Origin: an uncultured Candidatus Poseidoniales archaeon
Lineage (GTDB): Archaea > Thermoplasmatota > Poseidoniia > Poseidoniales > Thalassarchaeaceae
NCBI GenBank assembly: GCA_964585295.1
Contig: CAZPCY010000008.1
Location: forward strand, 6,295 to 70,294
Length of the DNA stretch: 64,000 nt
Reading direction: 5' to 3'
A model generated the notes under the pieces. The model had not been told where the DNA came from. It ran no database searches and was given only the letters and a program-made list of their open reading frames with translations. This document shows positions 29,884-40,121 of this stretch, piece by piece. The translations under genes and the position numbers were made by a program. Every line of letters begins with the position of its first letter. Position 1 is the first letter of the stretch.

Positions 29884-31422
29884 TCATTCCGATTCGATAG
29901 GAGATTCAAATTCGATTTTGAGTTTGGAGACGGGTGGAATCGGCTTCCAATCGAGAAGCACCGCAGCAACGACCACGCATATTGCGAGAATTGGTAATGT
30001 AGAGAAGGGTGTGGGATTCCATCCTATTGCAACCCAGAAGCAGCCTGCTGACATCGTAATTCCTGCGGCGATATGCTTGAAGAAGGTCCACGGGATGTTC
30101 CGGATGGTTCCGGTAAACCAACCAGCGATAATCATGATTACTACATGACCAGCTATCATGGACAGGGCGGCTCCACGTAAGGACCATGTAGGAATCAACA
30201 GCAATCCAATGACCACATTCGTCGCCAACCCCATTGCAAGAAGAATTGTGTGCAACCAAGTGTTTGAGAGCACCTTGGATGCCTCAAACACGGGGGCACC
30301 CAGCATGGCCCAAATCCAAGCAGGTAACATCAGTATGAACAAGGCAACAGCATCCACGCCCTCCTCAGGACGATAGCTGACATATTCGGCCGGGAACATC
30401 GCAGGCACCGCAATCGCTGCTATCGAGACTCCAGCAATCACACCTATGGGTGTGAGCCAACCGGTCAGGCGCATCGCATCATCTATCTTTTCCGCCAGAG
30501 AGATGGCATTCTCTCGAACCTCTCCCAAGATTGGAAGAATCGCCTGTCCGAGAGTGGTGGGCACAGCGAATCCGGCCATGAGAACTATCCATGCGATGTT
30601 GTAGATCGCAACCCTCTCGTAGTCATGGAATATTGCGATGAGGAACTTATCTGTGCGGGCCATCAACGGGAATATTGCTAGCGTGACCGCGAAGGGCAAG
30701 GATCTCCTGAGCATGCTGCTGGATGATTCGATTTTTCCCACGCTGGTGGAATCAGTCCGAGATTGCATCACACGATTTGCCCAGATAACCATCACAGTGG
30801 TGGTGATGGTCATGGATGCTGCGAATCCAATGGCGTAGTCCAAGACATCCGTCGAACCACGAAGATAGAGCATGACATACCAGCTTGTGATCGTAATCCT
30901 ATCCAATGCTCGGAACGCAGCTTCGCTCCTAGCTTCGCCTAGGGTCCGTAGAGCCACCTTGTGGGTCGAACTTAGGTAGAGAAGAATGGTGCCCCATCCG
31001 AGGGCGATTAGCGTTGAGGTCCAACCAGCGGAGCCACCCCATAGATACAATGAGAATGCAAAACCCAAAGGCACGATGATGACAGCGATTGCCAGTTGCC
31101 CCTTGATACCCTGCCATACCATTCCTCGGACGGCTCCAGGTGAGGATGCCCCCTCTCTAGCTAGCAGGGTAGGTATGCCAAAATCGAGGATTAGGAAAAG
31201 AGTCGCGAACAGATCGTAGATGATGACCCACATTCCGTATTCGATTTGTAGGAGCATATGCGTCAGAATCAACTGAGAGACAATTCCTAGAGCGGCGCTG
31301 ATTCCCTCCGCACCCAGTAGGAAAGTAGCATCCCTTCTGAGTTCAGGGCGACGGTGCGCTGAACTCATGAACAGCGCCTCTCCGGATTGTTCTTCAATAT
31401 CACCATCCAAATCGTTCGTCAT
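29884..31422 (-). CDS. Wzx/MOP-family oligosaccharide flippase
   Basis: About 12-14 TM segments; EYG, LDFGI..LLARE, SLPFA, RTDKFLI, AIYNIA, LLIP..SLRGAA. Start inferred. Confidence 0.85.
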   Translation of the reverse strand: MTNDLDGDIEEQSGEALFMSSAHRRPELRRDATFLLGAEGISAALGIVSQLILTHMLLQIEYGMWVIIYDLFATLFLILDFGIPTLLAREGASSPGAVRGMVWQGIKGQLAIAVIIVPLGFAFSLYLWGGSAGWTSTLIALGWGTILLYLSSTHKVALRTLGEARSEAAFRALDRITITSWYVMLYLRGSTDVLDYAIGFAASMTITTTVMVIWANRVMQSRTDSTSVGKIESSSSMLRRSLPFAVTLAIFPLMARTDKFLIAIFHDYERVAIYNIAWIVLMAGFAVPTTLGQAILPILGEVRENAISLAEKIDDAMRLTGWLTPIGVIAGVSIAAIAVPAMFPAEYVSYRPEEGVDAVALFILMLPAWIWAMLGAPVFEASKVLSNTWLHTILLAMGLATNVVIGLLLIPTWSLRGAALSMIAGHVVIMIIAGWFTGTIRNIPWTFFKHIAAGITMSAGCFWVAIGWNPTPFSTLPILAICVVVAAVLLDWKPIPPVSKLKIEFESPIESE

Positions 31423-31477
31423 AACAAGCTCAAGGGAGGATTCAAGGCACGGTGGACTCAGCCCCGGTTCGGGCACC

Positions 31478-31801
31478 ATGGTATCTACGGGCTGGGTCGA
31501 AGAAGAGGTCCGGGTTGTCTATCCCGACGCTTCCATTGAGGTAACGGACCTCAATGGGACTGGAGACCATTTCCATGTCAGGGTAGTGGACCCTTCATTC
31601 GAGGGAGTTCGGCCATTGCAACGACAAAGGCCGATATTGAATCGTTTCAAGCCCCACATCGCCTCAAATCTCGTTCATGCTCTCGATCTCAAGTGTCTGA
31701 CACCCGAGCAAGCAGAGTTGGCCGGCGACTCCGTGTTCCACCCTCACGCTGGAGAGATGGAAGTCTTCGGTGTACACATAAGAAGACCAGAAGGAGAGTG
31801 A
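31478..31801 (+). CDS. BolA family protein
   Basis: GTGDHF.V.VV...FEG..PLQRQR and VHALDLK..TP; directly upstream of a monothiol glutaredoxin. Confidence 0.9.
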   Translation: MVSTGWVEEEVRVVYPDASIEVTDLNGTGDHFHVRVVDPSFEGVRPLQRQRPILNRFKPHIASNLVHALDLKCLTPEQAELAGDSVFHPHAGEMEVFGVHIRRPEGE

Positions 31802-31805
31802 TGAC

Positions 31806-32144
31806 TTGACCGTTTTCGACTGGACCCCTGAACATCTCGATGCATTGGTGGCGGATAACTCAGTGGTGCTGTTCATGAAAGGAACCCCAGACGCCGCTCA
31901 GTGCGGCTTCAGCGACCGAGCAGCACGGGTACTGAAGTCACTTGGAGAACCCTTCGTCTCGGTGAATATTCTCAGTGACCCCCGCGCCATTCCTACTGTC
32001 TGCGCTTGGAGCGATTTCCCTACCATGCCTCAGGTATTCATTCATGGTGAACTGATTGGAGGCTCGGACATAGCACTTGAGATGCTCGAGAGCGGTGAGC
32101 TCGCTGAAATGATGGCCTCTGGGCAGGTGGACCCAGACGATTGA
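31806..32144 (+). CDS. grxD: Monothiol (CGFS) glutaredoxin
   Basis: VVLFMKGTP..QCGFS, SDFPTMPQVFI.GELIGGSDI. Confidence 0.93.
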   Translation: MTVFDWTPEHLDALVADNSVVLFMKGTPDAAQCGFSDRAARVLKSLGEPFVSVNILSDPRAIPTVCAWSDFPTMPQVFIHGELIGGSDIALEMLESGELAEMMASGQVDPDD

Positions 32145-32211
32145 TCGGAGGAACTCCTGAGGCGAGTATTTGCTGCCCTGACGGGGTGGGTCATGTTGGC
32201 TATGAGTCGAG

Positions 32212-33846
32212 GTGTTGGTCATGGAGAATGACAGGACGGGCATTCTCTTGCTCGCATTTGCTTCCTTCTCTTTCATCTTGCTCTTGTTTCATTTCACAAA
32301 CAATGGCCCCGATTATGACCACCTCTGGTCTTATGGCATGCCATGGCTGTATGAGGAACCAATGGTGAGAGCGGTTCTGATTTTGGCCGTGACATCAGGA
32401 TTTGCGGCGATAACTATTGGAAAGATGGACTCTATACGATTGCGATGCATCTGTGCTGCATTTTTCCTTCTATTGACGATAGGATTCCAAGCCGCAACAA
32501 TATCTCCTGTTGGGCCCGATGGCTTCGGATTCGCCGCCCTATCCGAATTCTGGTTGCAATACGGTTCCACGACTTCGATAGAAGGATATCTTGGTTATCC
32601 TGGTTCACTAGCAATCGTCGCCTCATCATTCTCGATTGGAGGCCGAACAGCGGGTTTGCTCACATCCTCGATTTTCGCCATCGCTGCCGCTGCAGTTTGG
32701 ATATGGGTGGTGGTAGGCGCGCTGCAAGAGGAAGATATGGATCAGAATCATCGTCTTCTTCCTTGGTTCATCATGTTCCTATCATTATACGCACTTACCA
32801 TCTATCCATTCGTGATGTTCTCTGCACAACTACTGGCATTCTCATTGTACGCTTGGTTGGCCCACCGCGGATTCCGCTCTGGTGCAGATAGTTCAATTCT
32901 AGTATGGACCTGCCTTGGATGGCTCGTTCTGACCCATGAGTTCGCACCCGTTATATTGCTATTCGTGCTGCTTTCGGCTGCACGCCCCAATGCTCCTCAT
33001 CGGCGTTCTGCAGGAACTCTGTCTGCAGGGTTATTGATACTCTGGACGATTCAGAGTTTCGTTCTAGAGAAATCGAGCATCCTTGATTCTTCGAATTCAC
33101 CAACAGCGGTTACGTGGACGATAGCGTGCTCCATCGCTGCCATCACAATCTTCCACACTTCCAGGCTAGCTTGGCGTGACGATGAAATTGATCAATCGAT
33201 AGGCGTCGACCAAAGAAGCCTGATTATCTCGATTGCACCAACCGTTGTCTTGCTATTGTTTCTAGACTTGTACTTGCAATCTTATTCATTCACGAGGAGG
33301 GTTGTGATTTACGGAGCGGTTCCGATAGGTAAAATCGTGATTGGAACCCCTGTATTCAATGATATTCAAAGCCTAATTTCGAATTGGTCGGAACGAGCCA
33401 AATCCACCAGTATGGTCGCTGTGATTATTCTCGCGAGCGTATTCGCGAGTGTTGTACATGTCAAGTACTCGGACAGAGTGCCCGTTTTCCCAATTGAGAC
33501 ATTTGATTGCTGGGAATTGGCTGAAGAGGTCGGCGTTGGTGGATTCACGAATGTCAACATTACTCCAGGAATCCTCATATCACCGTTCCTCAACCCCCCA
33601 ATAGAAGGTCAATATGATCCAATATTCGATCGCTTTGGTGAAGGTAAGGAATTGGAACGAGACAAACTGGGGGCAGTGATCGAGACGGTTGATATGGACT
33701 TCCACGCAGCCGTTGAAGGGACTGGACCGTTTTGGGATGGAGATGACTGGGTGAAGATGGGCGAGGTTATTCCGGCTTGCCAGATTCACGTCAGATTGGA
33801 AATGGTACCACATCTACAACCGGGCGTTTGGCCACTCCCAAAATGA
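32212..33846 (+). CDS. Polytopic membrane protein in glycan locus (possible GT-C/polymerase-like)
   Basis: More than 10 TM helices and a C-terminal soluble domain; function inferred from context only. Confidence 0.55.
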   Translation: MLVMENDRTGILLLAFASFSFILLLFHFTNNGPDYDHLWSYGMPWLYEEPMVRAVLILAVTSGFAAITIGKMDSIRLRCICAAFFLLLTIGFQAATISPVGPDGFGFAALSEFWLQYGSTTSIEGYLGYPGSLAIVASSFSIGGRTAGLLTSSIFAIAAAAVWIWVVVGALQEEDMDQNHRLLPWFIMFLSLYALTIYPFVMFSAQLLAFSLYAWLAHRGFRSGADSSILVWTCLGWLVLTHEFAPVILLFVLLSAARPNAPHRRSAGTLSAGLLILWTIQSFVLEKSSILDSSNSPTAVTWTIACSIAAITIFHTSRLAWRDDEIDQSIGVDQRSLIISIAPTVVLLLFLDLYLQSYSFTRRVVIYGAVPIGKIVIGTPVFNDIQSLISNWSERAKSTSMVAVIILASVFASVVHVKYSDRVPVFPIETFDCWELAEEVGVGGFTNVNITPGILISPFLNPPIEGQYDPIFDRFGEGKELERDKLGAVIETVDMDFHAAVEGTGPFWDGDDWVKMGEVIPACQIHVRLEMVPHLQPGVWPLPK

Positions 33847-33954
33847 GACGAATCCCATCACGGTAGGAAGCGAATTGTCCATCATCCGTAATCTATCCGG
33901 CAGGAGTAGCGAATCACTTCAAGAGTGGATGGTAGAGCATCTCAAGGGATCTGT

Positions 33955-35907
33955 ATGTGTGGTATTGCGGGCGGCTGGAATTTCGGCACGGGTTTCGACC
34001 CGATTGATGGAATCCATATGGCTGAGGCAATGGCATGCGCCATAAATCACCGAGGACCAGACGACCAAGGCCATCATGTGGATCAGGCGGCCGGCTTGTT
34101 CTTCTCACACAGGCGACTTTCGATTCTCGATGTCAGCGAGAGAGGGAAACAGCCGATGAGTTCAGCCGATGGAAGATGGACGGTCGTCTACAACGGAGAG
34201 TGGTATGACCACACCAATAGACGAAGCCTCATCTCTGATCATGTTTGGCGAAGTGATTCGGATACTGAGACATTGGTCGAATCCATATCCCGATTTGGCA
34301 TCGAAGAGACGATTGCATCGATGAATGGGATGTTCGCATTCGCTGCGTGGGATAAGGCCAACCGCAGATTGCATATCGTCAGGGACCGCTTCGGCATCAA
34401 GCCAGTATACCTCTTCAGAAACCATGATTGGATTCTGTTCGCTTCGGAGTTGTCCGCCTTGATGGCTCATCCCGCGTGTCCACGGAAAATCGATTCGAGG
34501 GCAGTACGCGCATTCCTTACACTGAACTATGTTCCATATCCTCTGAGCATACTCGAGGATGTCGAGAAAATCGAGCCGGGCGTGCATTGTGTGATTCACG
34601 AAACAGGAGAGGTGGTCAAACGAAGATGGTACACTCTGCCTCTCATTGAAGACAAGGGGATTCGTCTGGAGGGTGAAGTTGCTACAAACCTCATTGATTC
34701 GGTTCTCAGAGATGCTGTAGAAAAGAGGATGCTCTCAGATGTCCCATTAGGGTCGCTTCTATCGGGTGGAATAGATTCCAGTTTGGTGACGGCCTACATG
34801 CAAGGAGCATCGTCAACACCAATCCGGACTTTCAGTATCGGTTTCCCAGATAATCCCGACTTCGACGAATCTACTTACGCAAGGGCGGTTGCAGAGCATT
34901 TGGGAACTGACCACAACGAGTTGATGGTTGTAGCAGATGACATACTCGATATTTTTCCCTCCATCCCATCGATGTTCAGTGAACCGATGGCTGACTCATC
35001 CCAAATTCCAACACATCTCCTCAGCCGAATGGCTCGTGGACACGTAACTGTTGCATTAGGGGGGGATGGTGGCGATGAGGTGTTCGCTGGTTACACAAAT
35101 CACCCAATGGCCATAGGGCATAGAGGTCCATTCCGCGGCCCTCTTTCTCCATTGAGATATTTCGTGGCCGCGAGTATGCGTGCGGTGCCAATCAAGGCTT
35201 GGGATTTCCTTCTAGGTTGGCTTCCATCGAGTCGCCGCCCCCGCTATCCTGGGGATTGGGCGCACCAGCGTGCTCTCCAATTATCCGCGAGGAATCCTGT
35301 TGATGCCCATATTAGAAGTCGAGAGCATTGGTATTCAGCGCGTGCGAGTTCCTTTGGGGCAATCATCGGAGGTGAACCAAATCTTCTCAAGACCGATCCG
35401 GGGCCGAAATATCACAATTTAGATCGAATTCAGACGATTGACATCCGGTCTTACCTCGTTGATGACATCCTAACAAAGGTGGATATCGCTTCCATGGCGG
35501 TGGGCCTTGAAGTACGAGTTCCTTTCCTCGATCATCGTGTGGTAGAGGCAGCAATGTCCCTACGGACGACGGAGCGTTTGTCATCTAAGGGAAGGACCAA
35601 AGCAGTGCTCAGAAGAATATTGGCTAGTCACCTCCCCACGGATTTATTTGAACGGCCGAAGCGAGGGTTCGTCTTACCGTTGGAAGATTGGTTCAAAGGT
35701 CCTCTAAGGGATTGGATCTATTCTTTGGTGACTCGAGATAGCCTTGCATCCCTAGGTATAGATCGGCCCGATCCATTCCTTGAATTGGTCGATCGGCATA
35801 TGCAAGGAAGAGGGGAATACGCGACTCCGATTTGGACCCTCGTTAGTCTTCTTGCGTGGAAATCTGAGTGGCTACCTACAGCCAATGTCGGCCCTCTATC
35901 AAATTGA
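33955..35907 (+). CDS. asnB: AsnB-type glutamine amidotransferase (glycan-associated), copy 1
   Basis: N-terminal MCGIAG, HRGPD, HRRLSILD, RDRFGIKP, LSGGIDSS, GDGGDEVFAGY, EVRVPFLD. Confidence 0.92.
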   Translation: MCGIAGGWNFGTGFDPIDGIHMAEAMACAINHRGPDDQGHHVDQAAGLFFSHRRLSILDVSERGKQPMSSADGRWTVVYNGEWYDHTNRRSLISDHVWRSDSDTETLVESISRFGIEETIASMNGMFAFAAWDKANRRLHIVRDRFGIKPVYLFRNHDWILFASELSALMAHPACPRKIDSRAVRAFLTLNYVPYPLSILEDVEKIEPGVHCVIHETGEVVKRRWYTLPLIEDKGIRLEGEVATNLIDSVLRDAVEKRMLSDVPLGSLLSGGIDSSLVTAYMQGASSTPIRTFSIGFPDNPDFDESTYARAVAEHLGTDHNELMVVADDILDIFPSIPSMFSEPMADSSQIPTHLLSRMARGHVTVALGGDGGDEVFAGYTNHPMAIGHRGPFRGPLSPLRYFVAASMRAVPIKAWDFLLGWLPSSRRPRYPGDWAHQRALQLSARNPVDAHIRSREHWYSARASSFGAIIGGEPNLLKTDPGPKYHNLDRIQTIDIRSYLVDDILTKVDIASMAVGLEVRVPFLDHRVVEAAMSLRTTERLSSKGRTKAVLRRILASHLPTDLFERPKRGFVLPLEDWFKGPLRDWIYSLVTRDSLASLGIDRPDPFLELVDRHMQGRGEYATPIWTLVSLLAWKSEWLPTANVGPLSN

Positions 35908-36030
35908 ATTCGCACATCTTAATCTCTGAGATATGATGTGGAAATAGATGCAGCCTTGCAAGTTCGAATCACCCATCACTCTCAAGGTTCGGTAGGGAAG
36001 GCATGAAAGCGACCATTCTCTGGAACGACT

Positions 36031-37176
36031 GTGCACATCCTCTGGGTGACGGTCCGCAGATTTGGTAGAGAATTGTGCCAGACCACTCAGATTGATGGAG
36101 CGAGGGCTCTGATTGATAGAGGGCATAAGATTACCTTTCTAGGGCCAGAATCCGAACCCCCCATCGGTTTGGAGGACATTGAGTTCCATGGAGTTCAATT
36201 CAGCCGCATTCCTGGATTACAGTCCCTATCTCTTGAGCGGGGTGTCGGGCGAGGTCTGCACAAGCTTCTGAAGGAGAATGAATTCGATGCCGTGATCACT
36301 GAATGGGGTCTCGCTAGACCGGTCCATAGCCAGCTTGGATCAGGGGGCCTTCCATGGGTTGTCATAGATCGCTCCACTCCCGTATTCGGCGGCTTGATTG
36401 GTAGGCTGCAATGGTTGCACTACCACGCAGCCTGGAAGAAGGGTCGAATGGCAGATGGGGCAGCGATCAAGAGCGAGCATCTCAGATTACATCTCGCCAA
36501 TCTGGGAGTTCTTCCCAACGAAGTCGTAATCATGCCGGCCGGGGTCGATGTTCAGCGGTTCAGCACCGATGGGTCGCCAACTCCCCCCCCCCTTCGCCTA
36601 GTCTATCACGGTAGGATGGATCGCAACAGGGATCTGCTATCAATCGTCAATGCGTGTGATATCCTTGTCAATCAAGGACATCATCTGGATTTGCGGATGT
36701 TCGGGCGCGGCGATTTGATGGCTGAACTCAGGAGAATGGCATCGAACAGAGAGTGGCTCGAGGTGACAGGCCCTCATCCTCGAGAGGAGGTGCCCCAGCT
36801 GCTCGCTGACAGACATGTCGGGCTGCTGCCTCTACCCGATACCGAAGTATGGAACCACGCTAGCCCTCTGAAGGTGTTCGAATACGCCGCGAGTGGTCTA
36901 TGTGTAGTGGCTACCGACATCGAGTGTCATCGAGTTTTAGGAGAACGCCCATGGCTAGAATTGACTGACCCCAGTGACCCCATAGGAGGTATAGTAGGTG
37001 CTCTGGAAGGCCTGCTTCAATCCAAGGATATAGAAATGCGAGGTCTAGCGGCGCGGTCTGATGCGGAATCCGAATTCACTTGGGAGAGGGCGGTCGAAGG
37101 GTTGGATGATTTGCTTCACTCCTTGATCCAAGCGCAGGAATGCAACTCTGCCGTGGAATCGAAGAAGTTCAGATGA
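36031..37176 (+). CDS. Glycosyltransferase family 4
   Basis: GVDVQRF, LVYHGRM, SPLKVFEYAASG..VVATD. Confidence 0.9.
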   Translation: MHILWVTVRRFGRELCQTTQIDGARALIDRGHKITFLGPESEPPIGLEDIEFHGVQFSRIPGLQSLSLERGVGRGLHKLLKENEFDAVITEWGLARPVHSQLGSGGLPWVVIDRSTPVFGGLIGRLQWLHYHAAWKKGRMADGAAIKSEHLRLHLANLGVLPNEVVIMPAGVDVQRFSTDGSPTPPPLRLVYHGRMDRNRDLLSIVNACDILVNQGHHLDLRMFGRGDLMAELRRMASNREWLEVTGPHPREEVPQLLADRHVGLLPLPDTEVWNHASPLKVFEYAASGLCVVATDIECHRVLGERPWLELTDPSDPIGGIVGALEGLLQSKDIEMRGLAARSDAESEFTWERAVEGLDDLLHSLIQAQECNSAVESKKFR

Positions 37177-37186
37177 GGAGTTGTCG

Positions 37187-39028
37187 ATGAGATTCGTCAT
37201 CGCGCAAGCGCGCCGCCTGATTGCCCGGGACCCTCGGGATGTCGCGAGTTTCATCTTTCGGCGGGGACCGAGAATCCCCCGCATTCTCTTTGAATCTACA
37301 TTAGGGATGGTACGCCGTCGGGAAAGGCGCCTACGACCGCCTCGTGATTCTGTCTCATTGGAAATCGATTGGACCCCCCTTCCGATGTCTGATTGGGCCA
37401 AGGAGCGTGGCCGGAGATGGGTCGAGGAAGGCATTGTGGATTTGTTTAATCGTGACATCGAGACCGGCTGGGCTCCAATCGATTGGAATCCGCCCGCTTT
37501 GGGCCCATGGCCCAGCTCATCATCTTCTAGGATAGCGTACTACGGAGAAGAGGTTCCAAGTGATATCAAAGGAATCTGGGAACTCCACCGACAATTGGTC
37601 TTGCCAGCAGCCGCTGAGGTCTGCAAGGATGGGCGTGAGGACGCAGTCATATCCGAGATGTTGAGATACGCCGAGACACACCCTCCTCACAGGACCGTCG
37701 CTTGGATGGAAGGCATAGAGGTGGCTATTCGAGCCATCAGTTGGATCGATTCACTATCACGATTGAATCCCGAATTTAGGAGGATGAGAGCCGGTGAGTT
37801 GCACCAAGCACTTCGTGAGATGGCCCGTTTTCTTGAGACCCATCTGTCGAGGAAATGGAGGTTGAACAACAATCATCTCCTCTTGGAATTGGTAGGACTT
37901 GTGGTTCTGACATGTGCACTACCCAATCTCCCCAAGAGGCAGGTGCGCCTTGCACGAGCATTGAAGCAATTGCTGCAGGAATTGGATGCTCAGACCATCG
38001 ATGGTAGGAATTGGGAGCCGACGACCGCGTACCACCGATTCGTGACGGAGGCGCTTCTGATCGCTTCGCATGCATGTAGCAGCACTTCAGCGGTGATTGA
38101 CGAGGAAACATCATCCAGAATCGAGGCCCATGCTCGATCTCATGTCAGAACCCTCGGATGGTTGAGCGATGAATCAATGCGAATGCCCTTGGTCGGGGAT
38201 GACGACGCGGCAACGATTCTGCCTCGGGCTGCTGGATGGCAGGCGACGGATTGCACCGAAGTGTTCGGCTTCGCACATGCTTCCGGCTTTGAGTCACCGA
38301 GAGAGGACGGTGCTAGGATGTGGCCTGGAGTTGGCATGGCGGCGATGAGATCAGCTGGCTGGCACCTCCATGTGGTGGCAGGAGCACCACAGGGATTGGC
38401 GCGCCAAGGCAGCCACCGCCATCTCGACATGCTAAGCATCACCTTGACCATGGATGGAGAGGAGGTAATCATCGATTCAGGGACCGGCACCTATTTCGGA
38501 AGCAGGAACTGGCGTGATCACTTCAGATCGGAACGATCCCACTCGGGGATCTACTCGGACTCAGCGTCATGGGCCGAGATGAGCGATCTCTTTGAGATTC
38601 CAGACCCTCCTCTTGGATTGATGAGGTTGGACGATGAAGGAAGCCTCGTGTTGTCCTGTGATCACCGGGCCGGGGGTTCAGCGTCGCGAACAATCGGCCT
38701 GGATTCTTCCGGTTTACGAATCACGGACCACTTGGACATCGATTCCCCAGTCATGTCATTCGTTTTCCCTGAGGCTATCAAGGCTCGGTTAGAAGAAGGC
38801 TCTCTAGTCGTGCGAGGAAATGGTTGGTGCCTTCGTTCGACACCAGCTCCGAAATCGTTCGATACCATCTGTCTCGATAGAAGTGAGACCCTAAATATCG
38901 ACAAAGAGGTCATCGAAGGGTCGAGGAGCAAAGGATACGGAGAGATTGGTCCTGCTTGGAAAATCGTCATGCATCATGATAGAGCGGTAGAGGTGGTTAC
39001 GACCTTGGTTGGACATCAACCCAATTGA
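37187..39028 (+). CDS. Heparinase II/III-like (alginate lyase-fold) protein
   Basis: DIK.IWELHR, EVAIRAISW, NNHLLLE, YHRFVTE, VGDDD, H.HLDMLS, IIDSGTGTY, R..FRS.RSHS. Confidence 0.85.
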   Translation: MRFVIAQARRLIARDPRDVASFIFRRGPRIPRILFESTLGMVRRRERRLRPPRDSVSLEIDWTPLPMSDWAKERGRRWVEEGIVDLFNRDIETGWAPIDWNPPALGPWPSSSSSRIAYYGEEVPSDIKGIWELHRQLVLPAAAEVCKDGREDAVISEMLRYAETHPPHRTVAWMEGIEVAIRAISWIDSLSRLNPEFRRMRAGELHQALREMARFLETHLSRKWRLNNNHLLLELVGLVVLTCALPNLPKRQVRLARALKQLLQELDAQTIDGRNWEPTTAYHRFVTEALLIASHACSSTSAVIDEETSSRIEAHARSHVRTLGWLSDESMRMPLVGDDDAATILPRAAGWQATDCTEVFGFAHASGFESPREDGARMWPGVGMAAMRSAGWHLHVVAGAPQGLARQGSHRHLDMLSITLTMDGEEVIIDSGTGTYFGSRNWRDHFRSERSHSGIYSDSASWAEMSDLFEIPDPPLGLMRLDDEGSLVLSCDHRAGGSASRTIGLDSSGLRITDHLDIDSPVMSFVFPEAIKARLEEGSLVVRGNGWCLRSTPAPKSFDTICLDRSETLNIDKEVIEGSRSKGYGEIGPAWKIVMHHDRAVEVVTTLVGHQPN

Positions 39029-40119
39029 GATGGATGTTGAGGTCTTGCTGATTCGTAAACGAGACGGAGCGCATCGCTGACGACTCTAGGAGCGAATCTT
39101 TCGGTTCCCCTCAACGCCGCTCTTCTCATCTTCGCCAAGAATCGCCGATCCTCAATGAATCGCATCAGTTCTTTCCGAAGTGCTTCGGGTCTGCGGGCCG
39201 GACATAGGACGCCGCATTCACCATGATTCAGCATTTCAGGGATTCCACCTACTTCCGTCGACAGTATCGCAAGCCCCAAGCCCATCGCTTCCAAGATGCT
39301 CATCGGCATGCAATCTTCATGGCTTGGATGGACAAGCAAGTCGCTCCGTTCAAGCAACATCATCAATTCCCGACTTTCCAGCCAACCAGAAAAGGTCACA
39401 CAATTCTCCAATCCATATTCCTCGACCATCCTCAGCAGTGACGAATTATCGCCTGCTCCAGCAATCGTGAGTCGGAATGATTCCCTTCTATCTTCTCTGA
39501 GCATTGACACCGCTTTTATCAGATCTTGAATCCCTTTCCTATGATTCAGGCGTCCTGCGAACACAGCTCTGACTAGCTCATTGTCTTGATTGGTGAACGA
39601 TTCCGCAGCCCCCCCGTTGATGGATGTGGTGCAAGGGTTGGGAATCACCACCATTCTCTCGGTCGGGATGTTCAGCAGATCAGAATGAATCGCAGCCCAT
39701 CCATTAGTTGGGACGATTACAGCGATGGCGCGCTCGCTCGCCCGACGGATGATCTGTCGTCGTATCGAACCCATACCATCGAACGATCTCGATATGCCTC
39801 CAGCGTGCATGTGGAGAATCACAGATGCATCAGATATGCGGAGTGTGAGCAGAATCACGACTTTTCGCCAAGTGCTCCAGCCGTCTGCGACATGCAGATG
39901 GACTATGTGTGGAGGATCGACTATTATCCGAATCATAAGACGGAAGATGCTCAAGATTCCTCGAAACACCTCAAATGGAGGAGAGAGTGTTCCAACAGTT
40001 GCGAGATGGGAGAAGCGCACTCTATCGGGCGGGTTCTGAATGATTGCGCGCTGTACCGAGGCCACCCCACCCCGACCCCTCAGTGATGAACCAATCATGA
40101 GGACGGTCAAGTCACCCAT
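39016..40119 (-). CDS. Glycosyltransferase family 4
   Basis: FAGRL..RKG, PSHEDCMPMSILEAM, VGGIPE. Confidence 0.9.
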   Translation of the reverse strand: MGDLTVLMIGSSLRGRGGVASVQRAIIQNPPDRVRFSHLATVGTLSPPFEVFRGILSIFRLMIRIIVDPPHIVHLHVADGWSTWRKVVILLTLRISDASVILHMHAGGISRSFDGMGSIRRQIIRRASERAIAVIVPTNGWAAIHSDLLNIPTERMVVIPNPCTTSINGGAAESFTNQDNELVRAVFAGRLNHRKGIQDLIKAVSMLREDRRESFRLTIAGAGDNSSLLRMVEEYGLENCVTFSGWLESRELMMLLERSDLLVHPSHEDCMPMSILEAMGLGLAILSTEVGGIPEMLNHGECGVLCPARRPEALRKELMRFIEDRRFLAKMRRAALRGTERFAPRVVSDALRLVYESARPQHPSQLG

Positions 40120-40121
40120 TC

